This document shows positions 38,112-49,061 of a DNA stretch of 60,158 bases, piece after piece. The stretch is taken from contig JABMQZ010000235.1 of assembly GCA_013202965.1 (NCBI GenBank), positions 1-60,158 on the forward strand, given 5' to 3'. Source of the stretch: Bacteroidota bacterium (lineage in GTDB: Bacteria; Bacteroidota; Bacteroidia; Bacteroidales; B18-G4). A program made the translations under genes and the position numbers. How positions within the stretch are numbered: the stretch's first letter is position 1; every line of letters starts with the position of its first letter. The notes under the pieces were generated by a model that saw nothing but the letters and a program-made list of their open reading frames with translations, was not told where the DNA came from and did no database searches.

Positions 38112-38232
38112 AAAGCCGTCTGATAATTATTATTACATAAATGTTGCAAATCTAATAAATATAATAAATCCGAATTCACTAAAACTTTATCAACTGATCA
38201 TGGGTTTGTGTATTGAGACGGCGGGGAGCGGG

Positions 38233-38332
38233 GTGACTATGAGACTATGAGACCAGGAGACTGAGGGACCAGCAACCAGTACACCTATGCTAAAGCTTCG
38301 GCGTACGAAGTAACCAGCAACCAGCAGCCAGT
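38233..38332. repeat. Octamer array (38235-38282, GAC(T/C)NNNN) and ACCAGCA/AACCAGC heptamers flanking a conserved hairpin core (38282-38310)
   Basis: Octamers: GACTATGA GACTATGA GACCAGGA GACTGAGG GACCAGCA ACCAGTAC. Core: ACACCTATGCTAAAGCTTCGGCGTACGAAG. Then AACCAGC AACCAGC AGCCAGT. ACCAGCAACCAG occurs on both sides of the core. Confidence 0.85.
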
Positions 38333-38406
38333 TTGATTTTTGATAATCCAATATTTAGAAACAATAAAAATTAAGGATTATGCTATAGAAAAAATCTAAA
38401 TATTTG

Positions 38407-38414
38407 TAGATTTG
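38407..38414 (+). promoter_or_regulatory. Candidate -7 promoter box (TAnnTTTG) for maeB
   Basis: TAGATTTG lies 39 nt upstream of the ATG. Confidence 0.4.
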
Positions 38415-38452
38415 CGAAATCTTGTTAATCAATTAACAATCCCTTAAAACCC

Positions 38453-40747
38453 ATGGACAACCTATTTCGCAAAGATGCATTGATTTACCATTCGGAAGGC
38501 CGACCCGGTAAAATTGAAGTAATTCCCACAAAACCTTATTCAACACAGAGAGACTTGTCTCTTGCATACACTCCCGGAGTGGCAGACCCTTGTTTGGAAA
38601 TTCAGAAGAATCCTGAGGATGTTTACAAATATACGGCCAAAGGTAACCTTGTAGCTGTTATTTCCAATGGCACTGCCGTGCTGGGCCTTGGCGATATTGG
38701 CGCAGCTGCCGGTAAACCCGTAATGGAAGGGAAGGGCTTGTTGTTTAAGATCTTTGCCGACATTGATGTGTTCGATATTGAGATCGATGAAAAAGATGTG
38801 GACAAGCTCGTGGAAACGGTGATTGCCATTGCCCCAACTTTTGGTGGAATTAACCTGGAAGATATTAAGGCACCGGAATGTTTTGAAATAGAAGACCGTA
38901 TCAAGGCAGCCTTGGATATTCCTGTCATGCATGACGATCAGCATGGAACAGCGATCATCACATCAGCTGCTTTGCTGAATACACTTGAATTGACCGGCAA
39001 AAAGATAGAGGAGATGAAGATCGTGGTGAACGGAGCCGGTGCTTCAGCTATTTCTTGTACCAAACTATATGTTGCTCTTGGTATGAAGAAAGAAAATATC
39101 ATTATGCTTGATAGCAAAGGAGTCCTCAATAGGAGTCGCAAAGACTTGAATCCCGTGAAACAGCAATTTGTTACAGAACGGGATATTAATACCCTTGAGG
39201 AGGCTATCAAAGGAGCAGATATGTTTCTCGGACTTTCAGTTGCCGGTGCCCTTAAGAAGGAATACCTGAAAACGATGGCTAAAAACCCTGTTGTTTTTGC
39301 CCTTGCTAATCCGGTTCCGGAGATCGGATATGAAGAAGCCATGAGCACAAGGGATGATATTATTATGGGAACCGGACGTTCCGACTTTCCCAACCAGATC
39401 AATAACGTATTAGGCTTTCCTTTTATCTTTCGCGGAGCGATGGATGTTCATGCAAGCACCATCAATGAGGAGATGAAACTGGCTGCATCAAAAGCGCTCG
39501 CTGGGCTTGCAAAAGAACCGGTTCCTGAGGAAGTGAATATTGCTTATCATGAAAAGAACCTGAAATTCGGAACCGATTACATCATTCCGAAACCAACGGA
39601 TCCGAGGCTTATTATAAATGTAGCACCTGCTGTTGCAAAAGCCGCCATGGATACAGGTGTGGCAAAAAAACCTATTGAGGACTGGGATGCTTATCGCGAG
39701 GAGCTAAGCAAAAGACTCGGGCTCAGCAATCCCTTGATGCGGCAGATCAAAGGACGTGCGAGAAGAGATATACAGCGTGTGGTATTTGGAGAAGCAGAAG
39801 ATTATAATATGCTGAAAGCAGCAGAGATCGTGCTGAATGACAAAACCGCCATTCCGGTTCTTCTCGGAAATGTAGCTGAAATAAATAAGATCATAAAGGA
39901 AAATAGCCTGGAGCTGGATGGAGTGGAGATAATAGATCCGAAATCAGAAAAAGTAACAAAGCTGCGTGAAAATTTTGCTGAATTGTTATACAAGAAAAGA
40001 CAAAGAAAAGGGATCACTTTAAAGGCTGCCAATGACCTGCTCCTGCATCGCAATTATTTTGCCCCGATGCTGGTGGAAAATGCTTATGCGGATGCAATGA
40101 TATCAGGGATTACACGGAACTATCCCTCTACCATTAAACCTGCCCTGGAAGTCATTGGTAAAAAAGATGAATCGGGCCTGGTTTCAGGTATGTATATTAT
40201 CAATACCAAGCGAGGGCCTTATTTCTTTGCAGATTGTACGGTAAATAAAAATCCGAGCATGGAGGACCTGGTTGAAATTACCTTGCAAACCAAATATGCT
40301 GTAGAGCAATTCAAGATACAGCCGAGGATTGCCTTTGTTTCTTATTCTAATTTTGGTTCTAACCCGGGCAATATCCCGAATAAACAGCGCGAAGCAATTG
40401 CCTATCTCCATAATAATTATCCGGATATGATCGTAGATGGAGAAATGCAGGCCAACGTTGCATTGAACCAGGAGATACTGGAAAAAAACTTCCCCTTTTC
40501 AAAACTTGTTGGCGGAACTGCAAATACACTGATCTTCCCCTATCTTACAGCGGGTAATATAGCCTATAAGCTGCTGCAGGAACTTGCGGATGTAGAAGTG
40601 ATAGGACCTGTTTTAAATGGACTCAAAAAATCGGTACATGTTTTGCCTATCGGCAGCACTGTGAAAGAAATCGTTAATATGGTTATGATCGCAGCCCTTG
40701 ATGCCCAATGTGTCCATCGCCGTGAGCGTGGTGAAAGTTGTCCATAA
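38453..40747 (+). CDS. maeB: NADP-dependent malic enzyme with C-terminal phosphotransacetylase-like domain
   Basis: 764 aa. Malic enzyme N-terminal and NAD(P)-binding domains ([12 protein letters not shown]), then a PTA-like C-terminal half. Confidence 0.92.
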   Translation: MDNLFRKDALIYHSEGRPGKIEVIPTKPYSTQRDLSLAYTPGVADPCLEIQKNPEDVYKYTAKGNLVAVISNGTAVLGLGDIGAAAGKPVMEGKGLLFKIFADIDVFDIEIDEKDVDKLVETVIAIAPTFGGINLEDIKAPECFEIEDRIKAALDIPVMHDDQHGTAIITSAALLNTLELTGKKIEEMKIVVNGAGASAISCTKLYVALGMKKENIIMLDSKGVLNRSRKDLNPVKQQFVTERDINTLEEAIKGADMFLGLSVAGALKKEYLKTMAKNPVVFALANPVPEIGYEEAMSTRDDIIMGTGRSDFPNQINNVLGFPFIFRGAMDVHASTINEEMKLAASKALAGLAKEPVPEEVNIAYHEKNLKFGTDYIIPKPTDPRLIINVAPAVAKAAMDTGVAKKPIEDWDAYREELSKRLGLSNPLMRQIKGRARRDIQRVVFGEAEDYNMLKAAEIVLNDKTAIPVLLGNVAEINKIIKENSLELDGVEIIDPKSEKVTKLRENFAELLYKKRQRKGITLKAANDLLLHRNYFAPMLVENAYADAMISGITRNYPSTIKPALEVIGKKDESGLVSGMYIINTKRGPYFFADCTVNKNPSMEDLVEITLQTKYAVEQFKIQPRIAFVSYSNFGSNPGNIPNKQREAIAYLHNNYPDMIVDGEMQANVALNQEILEKNFPFSKLVGGTANTLIFPYLTAGNIAYKLLQELADVEVIGPVLNGLKKSVHVLPIGSTVKEIVNMVMIAALDAQCVHRRERGESCP

Positions 40748-40838
40748 TTTATAATTTCCGGCATATATTTTTTAATAGCTTTTTTGTTTTAGTTCTTTTT
40801 CAGGAACCATTGCCTGGTTCTTGATATCTGAATTTGTG

Positions 40839-40846
40839 TATATTTG
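40839..40846 (+). promoter_or_regulatory. Candidate -7 promoter box (TAnnTTTG) for mdh
   Basis: TATATTTG lies 75 nt upstream of the ATG. Confidence 0.35.
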
Positions 40847-40921
40847 TAAGCTTTTCAGACTAAAAACCGAATAATATTTGTTATCATCGTTGCGAAGAAA
40901 CATAAACTTAAAGACTTCATT

Positions 40922-41863
40922 ATGAAAAAAATAACTGTTATCGGGGCAGGTAATGTTGGTGCGACATGCGCCAATGTAATTGCTCATAAAGACCTCTGCC
41001 GGGAAGTAGTCATCGTAGATATTAAAGAAGGCGTTGCTGAAGGTAAAGCACTCGATATCTGGCAAACTTCTTCCATCAATGATTTTAATACCAGGATTAC
41101 AGGGGTGACGAATAATTATCTTGCAACCAAAGGCTCCGGGGTGATCGTGATCACTTCAGGTATTCCGCGAAAACCTGGTATGTCGCGTGACGACCTGATC
41201 AAAACAAATGCAAGCATCGTTAAGGATGTTACTGAAAAGGCAATCAGGTATTCACCCGATGCCATTATAATCGTTGTATCAAATCCCCTTGATGTCATGA
41301 CATATGCGGCCTACCAGGCGGCCAACAAGGATCACAAGAAGGTATTCGGAATGGCCGGGATTCTCGATACGGGACGCTACAAAGCATTCATTGCACAGGC
41401 ACTGGATGTATCTCCCAAAGATATTCATGCCATGCTTATGGGTGGGCATGGCGACAGCATGGTACCACTGAGAAGGTATACATCTGTTGCAGGGGTTCCG
41501 ATTACGGAATTGCTGAATGACGAAGAACTTGATAAAATTGATGAGCGTACCAGAAAGGGTGGAGGTGAGCTGGTCAACCTGATGGGAACTTCGGCATGGT
41601 ATGCTCCCGGTGCTGCAGCCGCAATGATGGTTGAAGCGATTGTGGATGATGAACATAGGATTTATCCGGTTTGTGCTTACCTTAACGGAGAATATAACCT
41701 GAAAGATATTTATATGGGAGTCCCCGTAAAGCTTGGCAAGAACGGGATCGAAGAAGTGATAGAATTGGACATGAATGACAGGGAGAAAGACATGGTGCAG
41801 GAATCGGCGAAATCTATCAGAGAGGCTATGGTCGTACTCGATAAAATGAAATTATTTGAATAA
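40922..41863 (+). CDS. mdh: Malate dehydrogenase (LDH-like type)
   Basis: 313 aa. Carries KITVIGAGNVGAT and GGHGDSMVP. Confidence 0.92.
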   Translation: MKKITVIGAGNVGATCANVIAHKDLCREVVIVDIKEGVAEGKALDIWQTSSINDFNTRITGVTNNYLATKGSGVIVITSGIPRKPGMSRDDLIKTNASIVKDVTEKAIRYSPDAIIIVVSNPLDVMTYAAYQAANKDHKKVFGMAGILDTGRYKAFIAQALDVSPKDIHAMLMGGHGDSMVPLRRYTSVAGVPITELLNDEELDKIDERTRKGGGELVNLMGTSAWYAPGAAAAMMVEAIVDDEHRIYPVCAYLNGEYNLKDIYMGVPVKLGKNGIEEVIELDMNDREKDMVQESAKSIREAMVVLDKMKLFE

Positions 41864-41886
41864 AACTTTCTTTATAATCAAAGCAG

Positions 41887-41919
41887 GGCAGCCCCGATCC
41901 AAGGGCTGCCTTTTTTTTT
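41887..41919 (+). terminator. Intrinsic terminator of mdh
   Basis: Stem GGCAGCCC / GGGCTGCC, followed by a T9 run. Confidence 0.85.
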
Positions 41920-41998
41920 AATCCGGATTGTATTATATTTACATTTGATTAATGGTCAATATTGTGCTGCACATGATAAAACATATAATTCTAATACA

Positions 41999-42685
41999 AT
42001 GCAACAACGAATAGTGGTGCTGACAGGTGCTGGTATGAGTGCCGAAAGCGGGATCAAAACATTTCGTGATAATGACGGCCTGTGGAATAATTACAGGGTT
42101 GAGGAGGTTGCAACACCGGAAGCCTGGGATGCAAACATGGAACTAGTTCTGGAATTTTATAATCAACGACGTAAACAATTGCTCGAATGCAGCCCCAATC
42201 CTGCCCACTTCGCACTGGTTCAACTGGAAGATAAATATGATGTACGTATCATCACACAGAATGTGGATGATCTCCATGAAAGAGCAGGTTCTTCCAATGT
42301 CCTTCATCTTCATGGTGAGCTGAAAAAAGTAAGAAGTACAGCCGATCCTCAGCTTGTGTTCGAATTGGACGGATGGGAATTAAAGGTCCGGGATACATGC
42401 CCCAGGGGCTCACAACTCAGGCCGCATATTGTATGGTTCGGTGAAGCAGTGCCTAATATTACGATAGCTTCAGAAATTGCCGCTACTGCAAATATTCTCA
42501 TTGTAATAGGCACCTCAATGCAGGTGTATCCTGCCGCCGGATTGGTGCATTATGCACCCCGCGAAAGCACAAAATATTATATTGACCCTGCCGCTGCTGA
42601 TAACAGTATGCTGGCAAAACTGACGGTGATCCGTGAAAAGGCCGGGAAAGCTGTTCCTGAACTGGTAAAAGTATTACTTAGATAA
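41999..42685 (+). CDS. cobB: NAD-dependent protein deacylase, Sir2 family
   Basis: I trimmed the ORF to the ATG at 41999 (MQQRIVVLTGAGMSAESGIKTFRD). Carries QNVDDLHERAGS...LHG. Confidence 0.88.
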   Translation: MQQRIVVLTGAGMSAESGIKTFRDNDGLWNNYRVEEVATPEAWDANMELVLEFYNQRRKQLLECSPNPAHFALVQLEDKYDVRIITQNVDDLHERAGSSNVLHLHGELKKVRSTADPQLVFELDGWELKVRDTCPRGSQLRPHIVWFGEAVPNITIASEIAATANILIVIGTSMQVYPAAGLVHYAPRESTKYYIDPAAADNSMLAKLTVIREKAGKAVPELVKVLLR

Positions 42686-42691
42686 TATATT

Positions 42692-43150
42692 TTGGACAAA
42701 AAAAAGCACATAGAATCCAGTTATATCTTTGAAAAGGCAAAGCATTATTGCGCATATCAGGAGAGATGTGTGTTTGAACTGAAAAATAAACTGCATGAAT
42801 GGAATGTCAGGCCCGAAGTGGCGGATAAGATCATCCTTAGCCTCGAAGCAGAAAATTATCTCGATGAAGAACGCTTTGCAAGAGTATTTGCAGGAGGAAA
42901 GTTCAGAATGAAGAAATGGGGAAAGAACAAGATTATTGCAGAACTGAGAATAAGGAAATTACCGGAACTGATCATTCAGATTGGATTAGATGAAATCAAT
43001 GAATTTGAATATTTAAAAACACTCAGAAAAATTATTGAAAAGAAAAAAGCTGAATATAGTGAGCCGGATAGCTTCATAAATCGAAATAAAATTTATAATT
43101 TCGTTGTATCAAGAGGTTATGAAAAACATCTTATCTTTAAATACCTTTAA
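42692..43150 (+). CDS. recX: Regulatory protein RecX
   Basis: 152 aa. Carries the YCAYQERCVFELKNKL motif. The track start is TTG, and no ATG lies near the N-terminus. Confidence 0.8.
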   Translation: MDKKKHIESSYIFEKAKHYCAYQERCVFELKNKLHEWNVRPEVADKIILSLEAENYLDEERFARVFAGGKFRMKKWGKNKIIAELRIRKLPELIIQIGLDEINEFEYLKTLRKIIEKKKAEYSEPDSFINRNKIYNFVVSRGYEKHLIFKYL

Positions 43151-43179
43151 TATTAATAATCACTCAAAAATGTTTTGTT

Positions 43180-44592
43180 ATGAAAAATTTTAAGTACTTA
43201 CTTCTTCTCTTTATAAGTTTTGCCCTTGTGATAAGCGCATGTAAAAAAGATGATGATAATGATAATCCGCCTGCGCCTTCAGGTGATTATAAAATAAGCG
43301 GTTACAGCCAGGATGCGATTAGCTTTAGCGGTATTGCCGGAGCCCTGGTCGTTATAACTGATATGAACGGAGCCGCAATAACCCAGGCAACCACTGATGC
43401 TGCAGGTAACTATGTAGTGACCGCTATTGCTCCCGGAACTTATAATATGACAGTTACCAAAGATGGGTATCAGAACCAGATAGCATCAGCTGTGGTAGTT
43501 GGCAATGTTAACATCCCCGATGTGTTTGTTGGCTTCATGCCTGTCGATAATTCAATAACAGTACCGGTAGGCGCCATTTGCGGCATTGTACTCGATGCAA
43601 ACGGAAATCCGGTAGCAAATGCAACCATTGCGATCAGCGCTGAAGATGCGTCATTGACCAACGGATATTTTGCAAGCGGTGTTACTGATGCAATGGGTAA
43701 ATATGCCATTGGAGCCGTGCCTATTGAATCTGCTGTTAGCGGCGGGGTTATCCCGGCATTTAAGATCAAAGCAATTAAAGACAATTTTGTTGATGTAAAA
43801 CATAATGTGAACATCGTTCAGAATTCCCTGGTGGTTGGCAATGTAGACCTTGTCAATCAGAATGTTCCCGGTAATACAGTATTTACAGAAGGTTTTGAAG
43901 CAAAAGCCGAGTGGACATGGGAAGGATTCTGGCATCTGCAGGGGAATGCAAGCATCTTGAACAGCAATGTTACGTCGGAATATGTCAAACTTGCGCCGAA
44001 CGATAATTCTGCAGGATACATTCCCAGTGCCTATGCAGGCATGTACTGTGCATGGTATGGACAGGAATCTACGGGTAGTTTTATTGGTGAAGCTTCAGCC
44101 GGACAGTCGCAGTGGTCAGGCGGTACCAGTACTTCCAGTAATATGGGTACGCTTGTATCACCTCCGGTCGATCTTGCCGGTCTGGACCAGGCCTCGCTGT
44201 CATTCTGGACATGGTTCGAGATCGAAAGTGTGAACCCCAATGCATCAGGCTTTGATATCATGGAAATCTATGTCATTGATGTGGCAACACAGATTGAAAC
44301 TTCCATAGGGAGGCTAAATCCATATAGCGATCCTGTACTTGATGACAGGGCTGCATTGCCTTTCACCTCAGGTGGGTTCAATAAAGCTCCTTTATGGACG
44401 CTTGCTGAATATGACCTTACTGCATTTGCCGGCGCAAACATTCAGCTTAAGTTTGAGTTCAGAACTGTTGACGGCTTGTATAACGGCTTCCGTGGATGGT
44501 TTCTCGATAATGTCCTTGTTACCGACAAAGCTCCGCTGAAATCAATGAACACTAACACAGTATACGGCCCGGACCCAAAACCAAGGGACTAA
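43180..44592 (+). CDS. Lipoprotein with carboxypeptidase-regulatory-like beta-sandwich repeats and a C-terminal jelly-roll-like domain; function unknown
   Basis: Lipobox VISAC. Repeats of the type DAAGNYVVTAIAPGTYNMTVTKDGY. The C-terminal domain ends GFRGWFLDNVLVTDK. Domain names are recall-level inference. Confidence 0.6.
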   Translation: MKNFKYLLLLFISFALVISACKKDDDNDNPPAPSGDYKISGYSQDAISFSGIAGALVVITDMNGAAITQATTDAAGNYVVTAIAPGTYNMTVTKDGYQNQIASAVVVGNVNIPDVFVGFMPVDNSITVPVGAICGIVLDANGNPVANATIAISAEDASLTNGYFASGVTDAMGKYAIGAVPIESAVSGGVIPAFKIKAIKDNFVDVKHNVNIVQNSLVVGNVDLVNQNVPGNTVFTEGFEAKAEWTWEGFWHLQGNASILNSNVTSEYVKLAPNDNSAGYIPSAYAGMYCAWYGQESTGSFIGEASAGQSQWSGGTSTSSNMGTLVSPPVDLAGLDQASLSFWTWFEIESVNPNASGFDIMEIYVIDVATQIETSIGRLNPYSDPVLDDRAALPFTSGGFNKAPLWTLAEYDLTAFAGANIQLKFEFRTVDGLYNGFRGWFLDNVLVTDKAPLKSMNTNTVYGPDPKPRD

Positions 44593-44633
44593 GCCGGGAA
44601 TGATAAAAGGATTTTAATCCCGTAAAATCAAAG

Positions 44634-44668
44634 AAGGTTGCCTGTTCCGGCAGCCTTCTTTTTTTTTA
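44634..44668 (+). terminator. Intrinsic terminator of the lipoprotein gene
   Basis: Stem AAGGTTGCC / GGCAGCCTT (one G-U pair), followed by a long T-run. Confidence 0.8.
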
Positions 44669-44674
44669 TCTTTG
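44667..44674 (+). promoter_or_regulatory. Candidate -7 promoter box (TAnnTTTG) for prfB
   Basis: TATCTTTG lies 16 nt upstream of the ATG at 44690. It overlaps the T-run of the preceding terminator. Confidence 0.3.
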
Positions 44675-44689
44675 CCGAAAACAATATTT

Positions 44690-45782
44690 ATGGTTTCACA
44701 GGAAGATATAAAAGCATTGAATAAGAGGATTGAAGCCTTGAGGAGGTTCCTTTGACATTGACAGCAAAAAAAGCCTGATTGAAGAAAAGGAAAAGATTAC
44801 CTTCATGCCTGAGTTCTGGAATGACCCAAAAAAAGCTGAGGAAGTTCTGAAAGAGATAAAGTCAATAAAATTCTGGACAGAAGCGTATAAGAAGGTAAGT
44901 AATGTATTTGATGATCTGCAGGTCATCTTTGAGTTTTTCGGCGAGGGAGAGGGAAGCGAAGCAGAGCTTGAAAATCAGTATGCCAAAGCCCTTAAGGCTG
45001 TTGAAGATCTTGAGTTTACAAATATGCTCAGCGGTGAGGAAGACAAACTGGGAGCCATATTGCAGATCAATGCCGGAGCCGGAGGTACTGAAAGCCAGGA
45101 TTGGGCTGAAATGCTCATGCGCATGTATTATCGCTGGGGGGAACGCAATAATTATAAAGTGAAAGAACTTGAAATGAGTGAAGGGGAAGTGGCCGGGATC
45201 AAGTCTGTATCCCTTGAATTTGAAGGAGATTTTGCTTTCGGTTACCTGAAAGCCGAGAACGGTGTCCACCGTCTGGTTCGCCTGTCTCCCTTTGATTCCG
45301 CGAGTCGCCGGCACACTTCCTTTGCCTCGGTTTATGTTTACCCTGTGGTAGATGAGAGTATTAAAATTGAAATAAATACATCCGATATCACATGGGATAC
45401 ATTTCGGGCAAGCGGGCCCGGTGGGCAGAATGTGAACAAAGTGGAAACTGCAGTCCGCTTGCGGCATGGACCTTCCGGACTGGTCATTGAATGCCAGGAA
45501 ACACGATCCCAGGGACAAAACAGGGAAAAAGCATTGCGCATGCTGAAATCTCAGCTTTATGAAATTGAAATGAGAAAGAAAAAAGAAGCCCAGGCTGAGA
45601 TCGAAGGGAATAAGAAAAAAATAGAATGGGGATCACAGATCAGGTCTTATGTGATGCATCCTTATAAAATGGTCAAAGACGTACGTACCGGGCATGAAAC
45701 CGGGAATGTCCAGGCCGTAATGGATGGCGACCTGAATGATTTTATTAAAAGCTATTTGATGCAGTTTGGGCAAAACCAGTAG
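44690..45782 (+). CDS. prfB: Peptide chain release factor 2, with programmed +1 ribosomal frameshift: join(44690..44752, 44754..45782)
   Basis: Frame 0 reads [21 protein letters not shown], then in-frame TGA at 44753-44755. The +1 frame continues [22 protein letters not shown]... into track ORF 44805..45782. SPF (VRLSPFDS) and GGQ (GPGGQNVNK) motifs are present. Confidence 0.93.
44741..44756 (+). promoter_or_regulatory. prfB +1 frameshift cassette
   Basis: AGGAGG TTC CTT TGA C: an SD-like element, a 3-nt spacer, then the slippery CTT followed by TGA C. The layout matches the classical AGGGGG TAT CTT TGA C. Confidence 0.9.
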
Positions 45783-45935
45783 AATAAAGAACATGGAATA
45801 ACGAACAAGGAATGAATTTTAGATAATACTTCGAACTTCGTGCCCCCTCCATTCTCGAAGGGGAGCCTGTCCCGCCACAGGCGGGAGGGACAGGGGGTGG
45901 GTAAAAGGAACAAGGAACAAGGAAGAAACCAGAAC
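45783..45935. repeat. Heptamer arrays (45783-45817 and 45901-45935) flanking a GC-rich hairpin block (about 45866-45894)
   Basis: Left: AATAAAG AACATGG AATAACG AACAAGG AATGAAT. Right: GTAAAAG GAACAAG GAACAAG GAAGAAA CCAGAAC. Between them: CCTGT CCCGCC ACA GGCGGG AGGG ACAGG. Confidence 0.85.
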
Positions 45936-45936
45936 A

Positions 45937-46278
45937 ATGTATAAAATTTATCACAATCCAAGATGTAAGAAGTCAAGGGCAGGGCTGCAATATCTGAAGG
46001 AGAAAGGAGTGAATCCGGAAGTTATAGAATATCTGAAAACACCCTTGGATGAATCAGAGTTAAAAGATATTCTGGTGAGGTTGCATAAAAAACCTACTGA
46101 GATTATCCGCACACAGGAATCCATTTACAAATCTGATTTTAAGGGGAAGAACTTCACCGATGAGGAGTGGATGAAAATTCTTTTGGAAAATCCTAAACTC
46201 ATTCAACGCCCGATTGTGGTGAAAGGACCCAAGGCAATCATAGGTGATCCTGCTGATGAAATAGAGGCCTTGTTTTAA
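45937..46278 (+). CDS. ArsC/Spx-family reductase-like protein (YffB type)
   Basis: 113 aa. N-terminus IYHNPRCKKSR. Confidence 0.85.
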   Translation: MYKIYHNPRCKKSRAGLQYLKEKGVNPEVIEYLKTPLDESELKDILVRLHKKPTEIIRTQESIYKSDFKGKNFTDEEWMKILLENPKLIQRPIVVKGPKAIIGDPADEIEALF

Positions 46279-46351
46279 GTTTTATCCAATGCTGCTTCCT
46301 GCCGGCATAGGCTTTATAAGTTTGAATAAGAACCATTAATATATATTACTG

Positions 46352-47749
46352 ATGAGCTACAGAATAGAAAAAGACACCATGGGAAATGTTGAGGTTCCCG
46401 CCGAAAAGTACTGGGGTGCACAAACCCAGCGCTCAAAAAACAATTTTAAGATCGGAGAAGAAGGATCCATGCCGAAAGAGATCATCAAAGCTTTTGCATA
46501 TCTGAAAAAGGCTGCTGCAATGGCAAATAACGAGCTGGGCGTTTTAGCTGATGAAAAGAAAAACCTGATCGCGCAGGCCTGTGATGAAATCCTGGATGGA
46601 AAACTGGATAATAATTTTCCACTGGTCATCTGGCAAACCGGCTCCGGAACACAATCAAACATGAATATGAATGAGGTGGTCGCCAATAGGGCCCATGTCC
46701 TCAATGGCGGAAAACTTGGTGAAGGGACGCAATTCATTCATCCCAACGATGATGTGAATAAATCACAATCTTCCAATGACACATTTCCTACTGCCATGCA
46801 TATTGCGGCTTATAAGATGATCGTTGAAACCACCATTCCCGGCCTTGAGCTTTTACGCAATACCCTCGAAACAAAAGCAGAGGCTTTTAAGGATGTTGTA
46901 AAAACGGGCCGTACCCATCTGATGGATGCCACCCCGCTGACCCTTGGACAGGAGTTTTCGGGCTATGTATCACAGCTTGATCATGGCCTGGTCGCACTAA
47001 AGAACACCCTGCCCCATCTCACTGAACTTGCCCTTGGGGGCACAGCAGTTGGAACGGGGCTGAATACACCGAAAGGATATGATCAGCTCGTTGCTTCAAA
47101 AATTGCTGAATTGACCGGATTTCCCTTTGTTACTGCTGTAAATAAGTTCGAGTCGCTCTCGGCACACGATGCCATGCTTGAAACATCCGGTGCATTGAAA
47201 ACCCTTGCTGTAAGCCTGATGCATATTGCCAATAATCTGCGTTTACTGGCTTCAGGCCCGCGTTGTGGCATTGGTGAGATCATATTTCCTTCTAACGAAC
47301 CCGGCTCTTCCATTATGCCCGGCAAGGTAAACCCAACACAGGCAGAAGCGCTGACGATGGTGTGTGCCCAGGTGATCGGAAACGATGCCGCCATTACTAT
47401 AGGAGGAATGCAGGGGCATTTCCAGCTGAATGTTTTCAAACCCGTGATGGTGTATAATCTGCTTGCTTCAGCACGCTTGTTGGGAGATGCCTGCGTTTCA
47501 TTTAATGATAATTGTGCCATTGGTATCGAGCCCAATCTGCCTTACATTAAGAATAACCTGGAGAATTCATTGATGCTCGTTACTGCACTCAATACACATA
47601 TAGGATACGAAAATGCGGCTGCCATCGCAAAAAAAGCACATGCGGAAGGCATCACGCTGAAAGAATCAGCCCTGGCACTTGCCTTGCTTACCGAAGAACA
47701 ATTTGATGAGTGGGTTGACCCTGCTAAGATGATAGGGCCCAGATCGTAA
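46352..47749 (+). CDS. fumC: Class II fumarate hydratase
   Basis: 465 aa. Signature [16 protein letters not shown]. Confidence 0.95.
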   Translation: MSYRIEKDTMGNVEVPAEKYWGAQTQRSKNNFKIGEEGSMPKEIIKAFAYLKKAAAMANNELGVLADEKKNLIAQACDEILDGKLDNNFPLVIWQTGSGTQSNMNMNEVVANRAHVLNGGKLGEGTQFIHPNDDVNKSQSSNDTFPTAMHIAAYKMIVETTIPGLELLRNTLETKAEAFKDVVKTGRTHLMDATPLTLGQEFSGYVSQLDHGLVALKNTLPHLTELALGGTAVGTGLNTPKGYDQLVASKIAELTGFPFVTAVNKFESLSAHDAMLETSGALKTLAVSLMHIANNLRLLASGPRCGIGEIIFPSNEPGSSIMPGKVNPTQAEALTMVCAQVIGNDAAITIGGMQGHFQLNVFKPVMVYNLLASARLLGDACVSFNDNCAIGIEPNLPYIKNNLENSLMLVTALNTHIGYENAAAIAKKAHAEGITLKESALALALLTEEQFDEWVDPAKMIGPRS

Positions 47750-47770
47750 AACTTCGTATCTTTGGCTTAT

Positions 47771-48973
47771 ATGAACATCCTGAAAGACAGAATAAAATCC
47801 CTGGCGGCAGACTATGCAAAGGAAGTGATTGGTATACGCCGTCATCTGCACAGGCATCCCGAATTATCGTTTAAGGAGTTTGAAACGGCAGCCTTTATTG
47901 CCGGAAAACTTCGGGAGTACGGGATTGCATATAAAGATAAGATAGCACAGACCGGTATTGTAGCAGAGATCCGGGGCAATGATCCGGAAAGCAAAACAGT
48001 GGCCTTACGTGCTGATATGGATGCCCTGGCTATTAATGAGCAGAACGATGTTGATTACCGTTCAATGAACAATGGGGTGATGCATGCCTGCGGACATGAT
48101 GTTCATATGGCCTGCCTGCTTGGAGCAGCCCGGATCCTTTCTGAGATTAAAAGCGAATTCAAGGGTACTATCCGGCTGATCTTTCAGCCATCGGAAGAGA
48201 GTTATCCCGGCGGTGCAAAAGTGATGATAGCAGAAGGGGTGCTTGAAAATCCTAAACCTGAGGCTATTTTCGGCCAACATGTTTTTCCTGAACTTGAAGC
48301 TGGCATGATCGGAATGAAGCCGGGGAAATACATGGCTTCAACCGACGAAGTGTTCATTACTGTGAAAGGAAAGGGCGGGCATGCGGCAATTCCTGATAAA
48401 GTCGTTGACCCGGTATTGATCGCATCCCATATTGTGATTGCCTTACAGCAAATTGTCAGCCGGAAATCAAAGCCGGTTATGCCCACGGTAGTTTCTTTTG
48501 GGAAAATCTCGTCGGAGGGCAAAACAAATATCATTCCCGATGAAGTGAAATTGGAAGGCATCATCAGGACATTTGATGAAGATTGGCGGGAGGAGATCAA
48601 AACGCAGATTAGAAAGATTTCCTCCGGCATTGCAGAAAGCATGGGCGGAAGTTGTGAGGTCTTTATTGATCCTGGTTATCCGGCATTGGAAAATGATGAT
48701 ATGCTGACTGCGAATGTCCGCGAATATGCGATTGAGTTTCTGGGCGAAGGACGTGTGTTCGACCTTGAGATGAGAATGACAGCAGAAGACTTTTCTTATT
48801 ATGCCCGGGAGATACCGGGATGTTTTTTCCGTCTTGGAACGCGAAATGAAGAACAGGGGATCACATCAAATCTTCATTCAGCCACTTTCGATATAGATGA
48901 AACCAGCATTGAAACCGGGATGGGGATCATGGCATGGTTTGCTGTATGTGAACTCTCTTTGGAGGATAAATAA
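47771..48973 (+). CDS. M20-family amidohydrolase (N-acyl-amino-acid amidohydrolase-like)
   Basis: I trimmed the ORF to the ATG at 47771; the track start at 47762 is TTG. Carries the MHACGHDVH metal-binding motif. Confidence 0.85.
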   Translation: MNILKDRIKSLAADYAKEVIGIRRHLHRHPELSFKEFETAAFIAGKLREYGIAYKDKIAQTGIVAEIRGNDPESKTVALRADMDALAINEQNDVDYRSMNNGVMHACGHDVHMACLLGAARILSEIKSEFKGTIRLIFQPSEESYPGGAKVMIAEGVLENPKPEAIFGQHVFPELEAGMIGMKPGKYMASTDEVFITVKGKGGHAAIPDKVVDPVLIASHIVIALQQIVSRKSKPVMPTVVSFGKISSEGKTNIIPDEVKLEGIIRTFDEDWREEIKTQIRKISSGIAESMGGSCEVFIDPGYPALENDDMLTANVREYAIEFLGEGRVFDLEMRMTAEDFSYYAREIPGCFFRLGTRNEEQGITSNLHSATFDIDETSIETGMGIMAWFAVCELSLEDK

Positions 48974-49061
48974 GAATGTACATAATGAAGGATTAAATTT
49001 CCTGCTGGAATATTTATGCTGAATCCGTATATTCACCTGAACAAATTTTTACATTATTATT

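Noticed and set aside
40790-40825. Hairpin CAGGAACC-N7-GGTTCTTG as the maeB terminator
   Set aside because: The 8-bp stem includes a wobble pair and is not followed by a T-run, so it is too weak to call.
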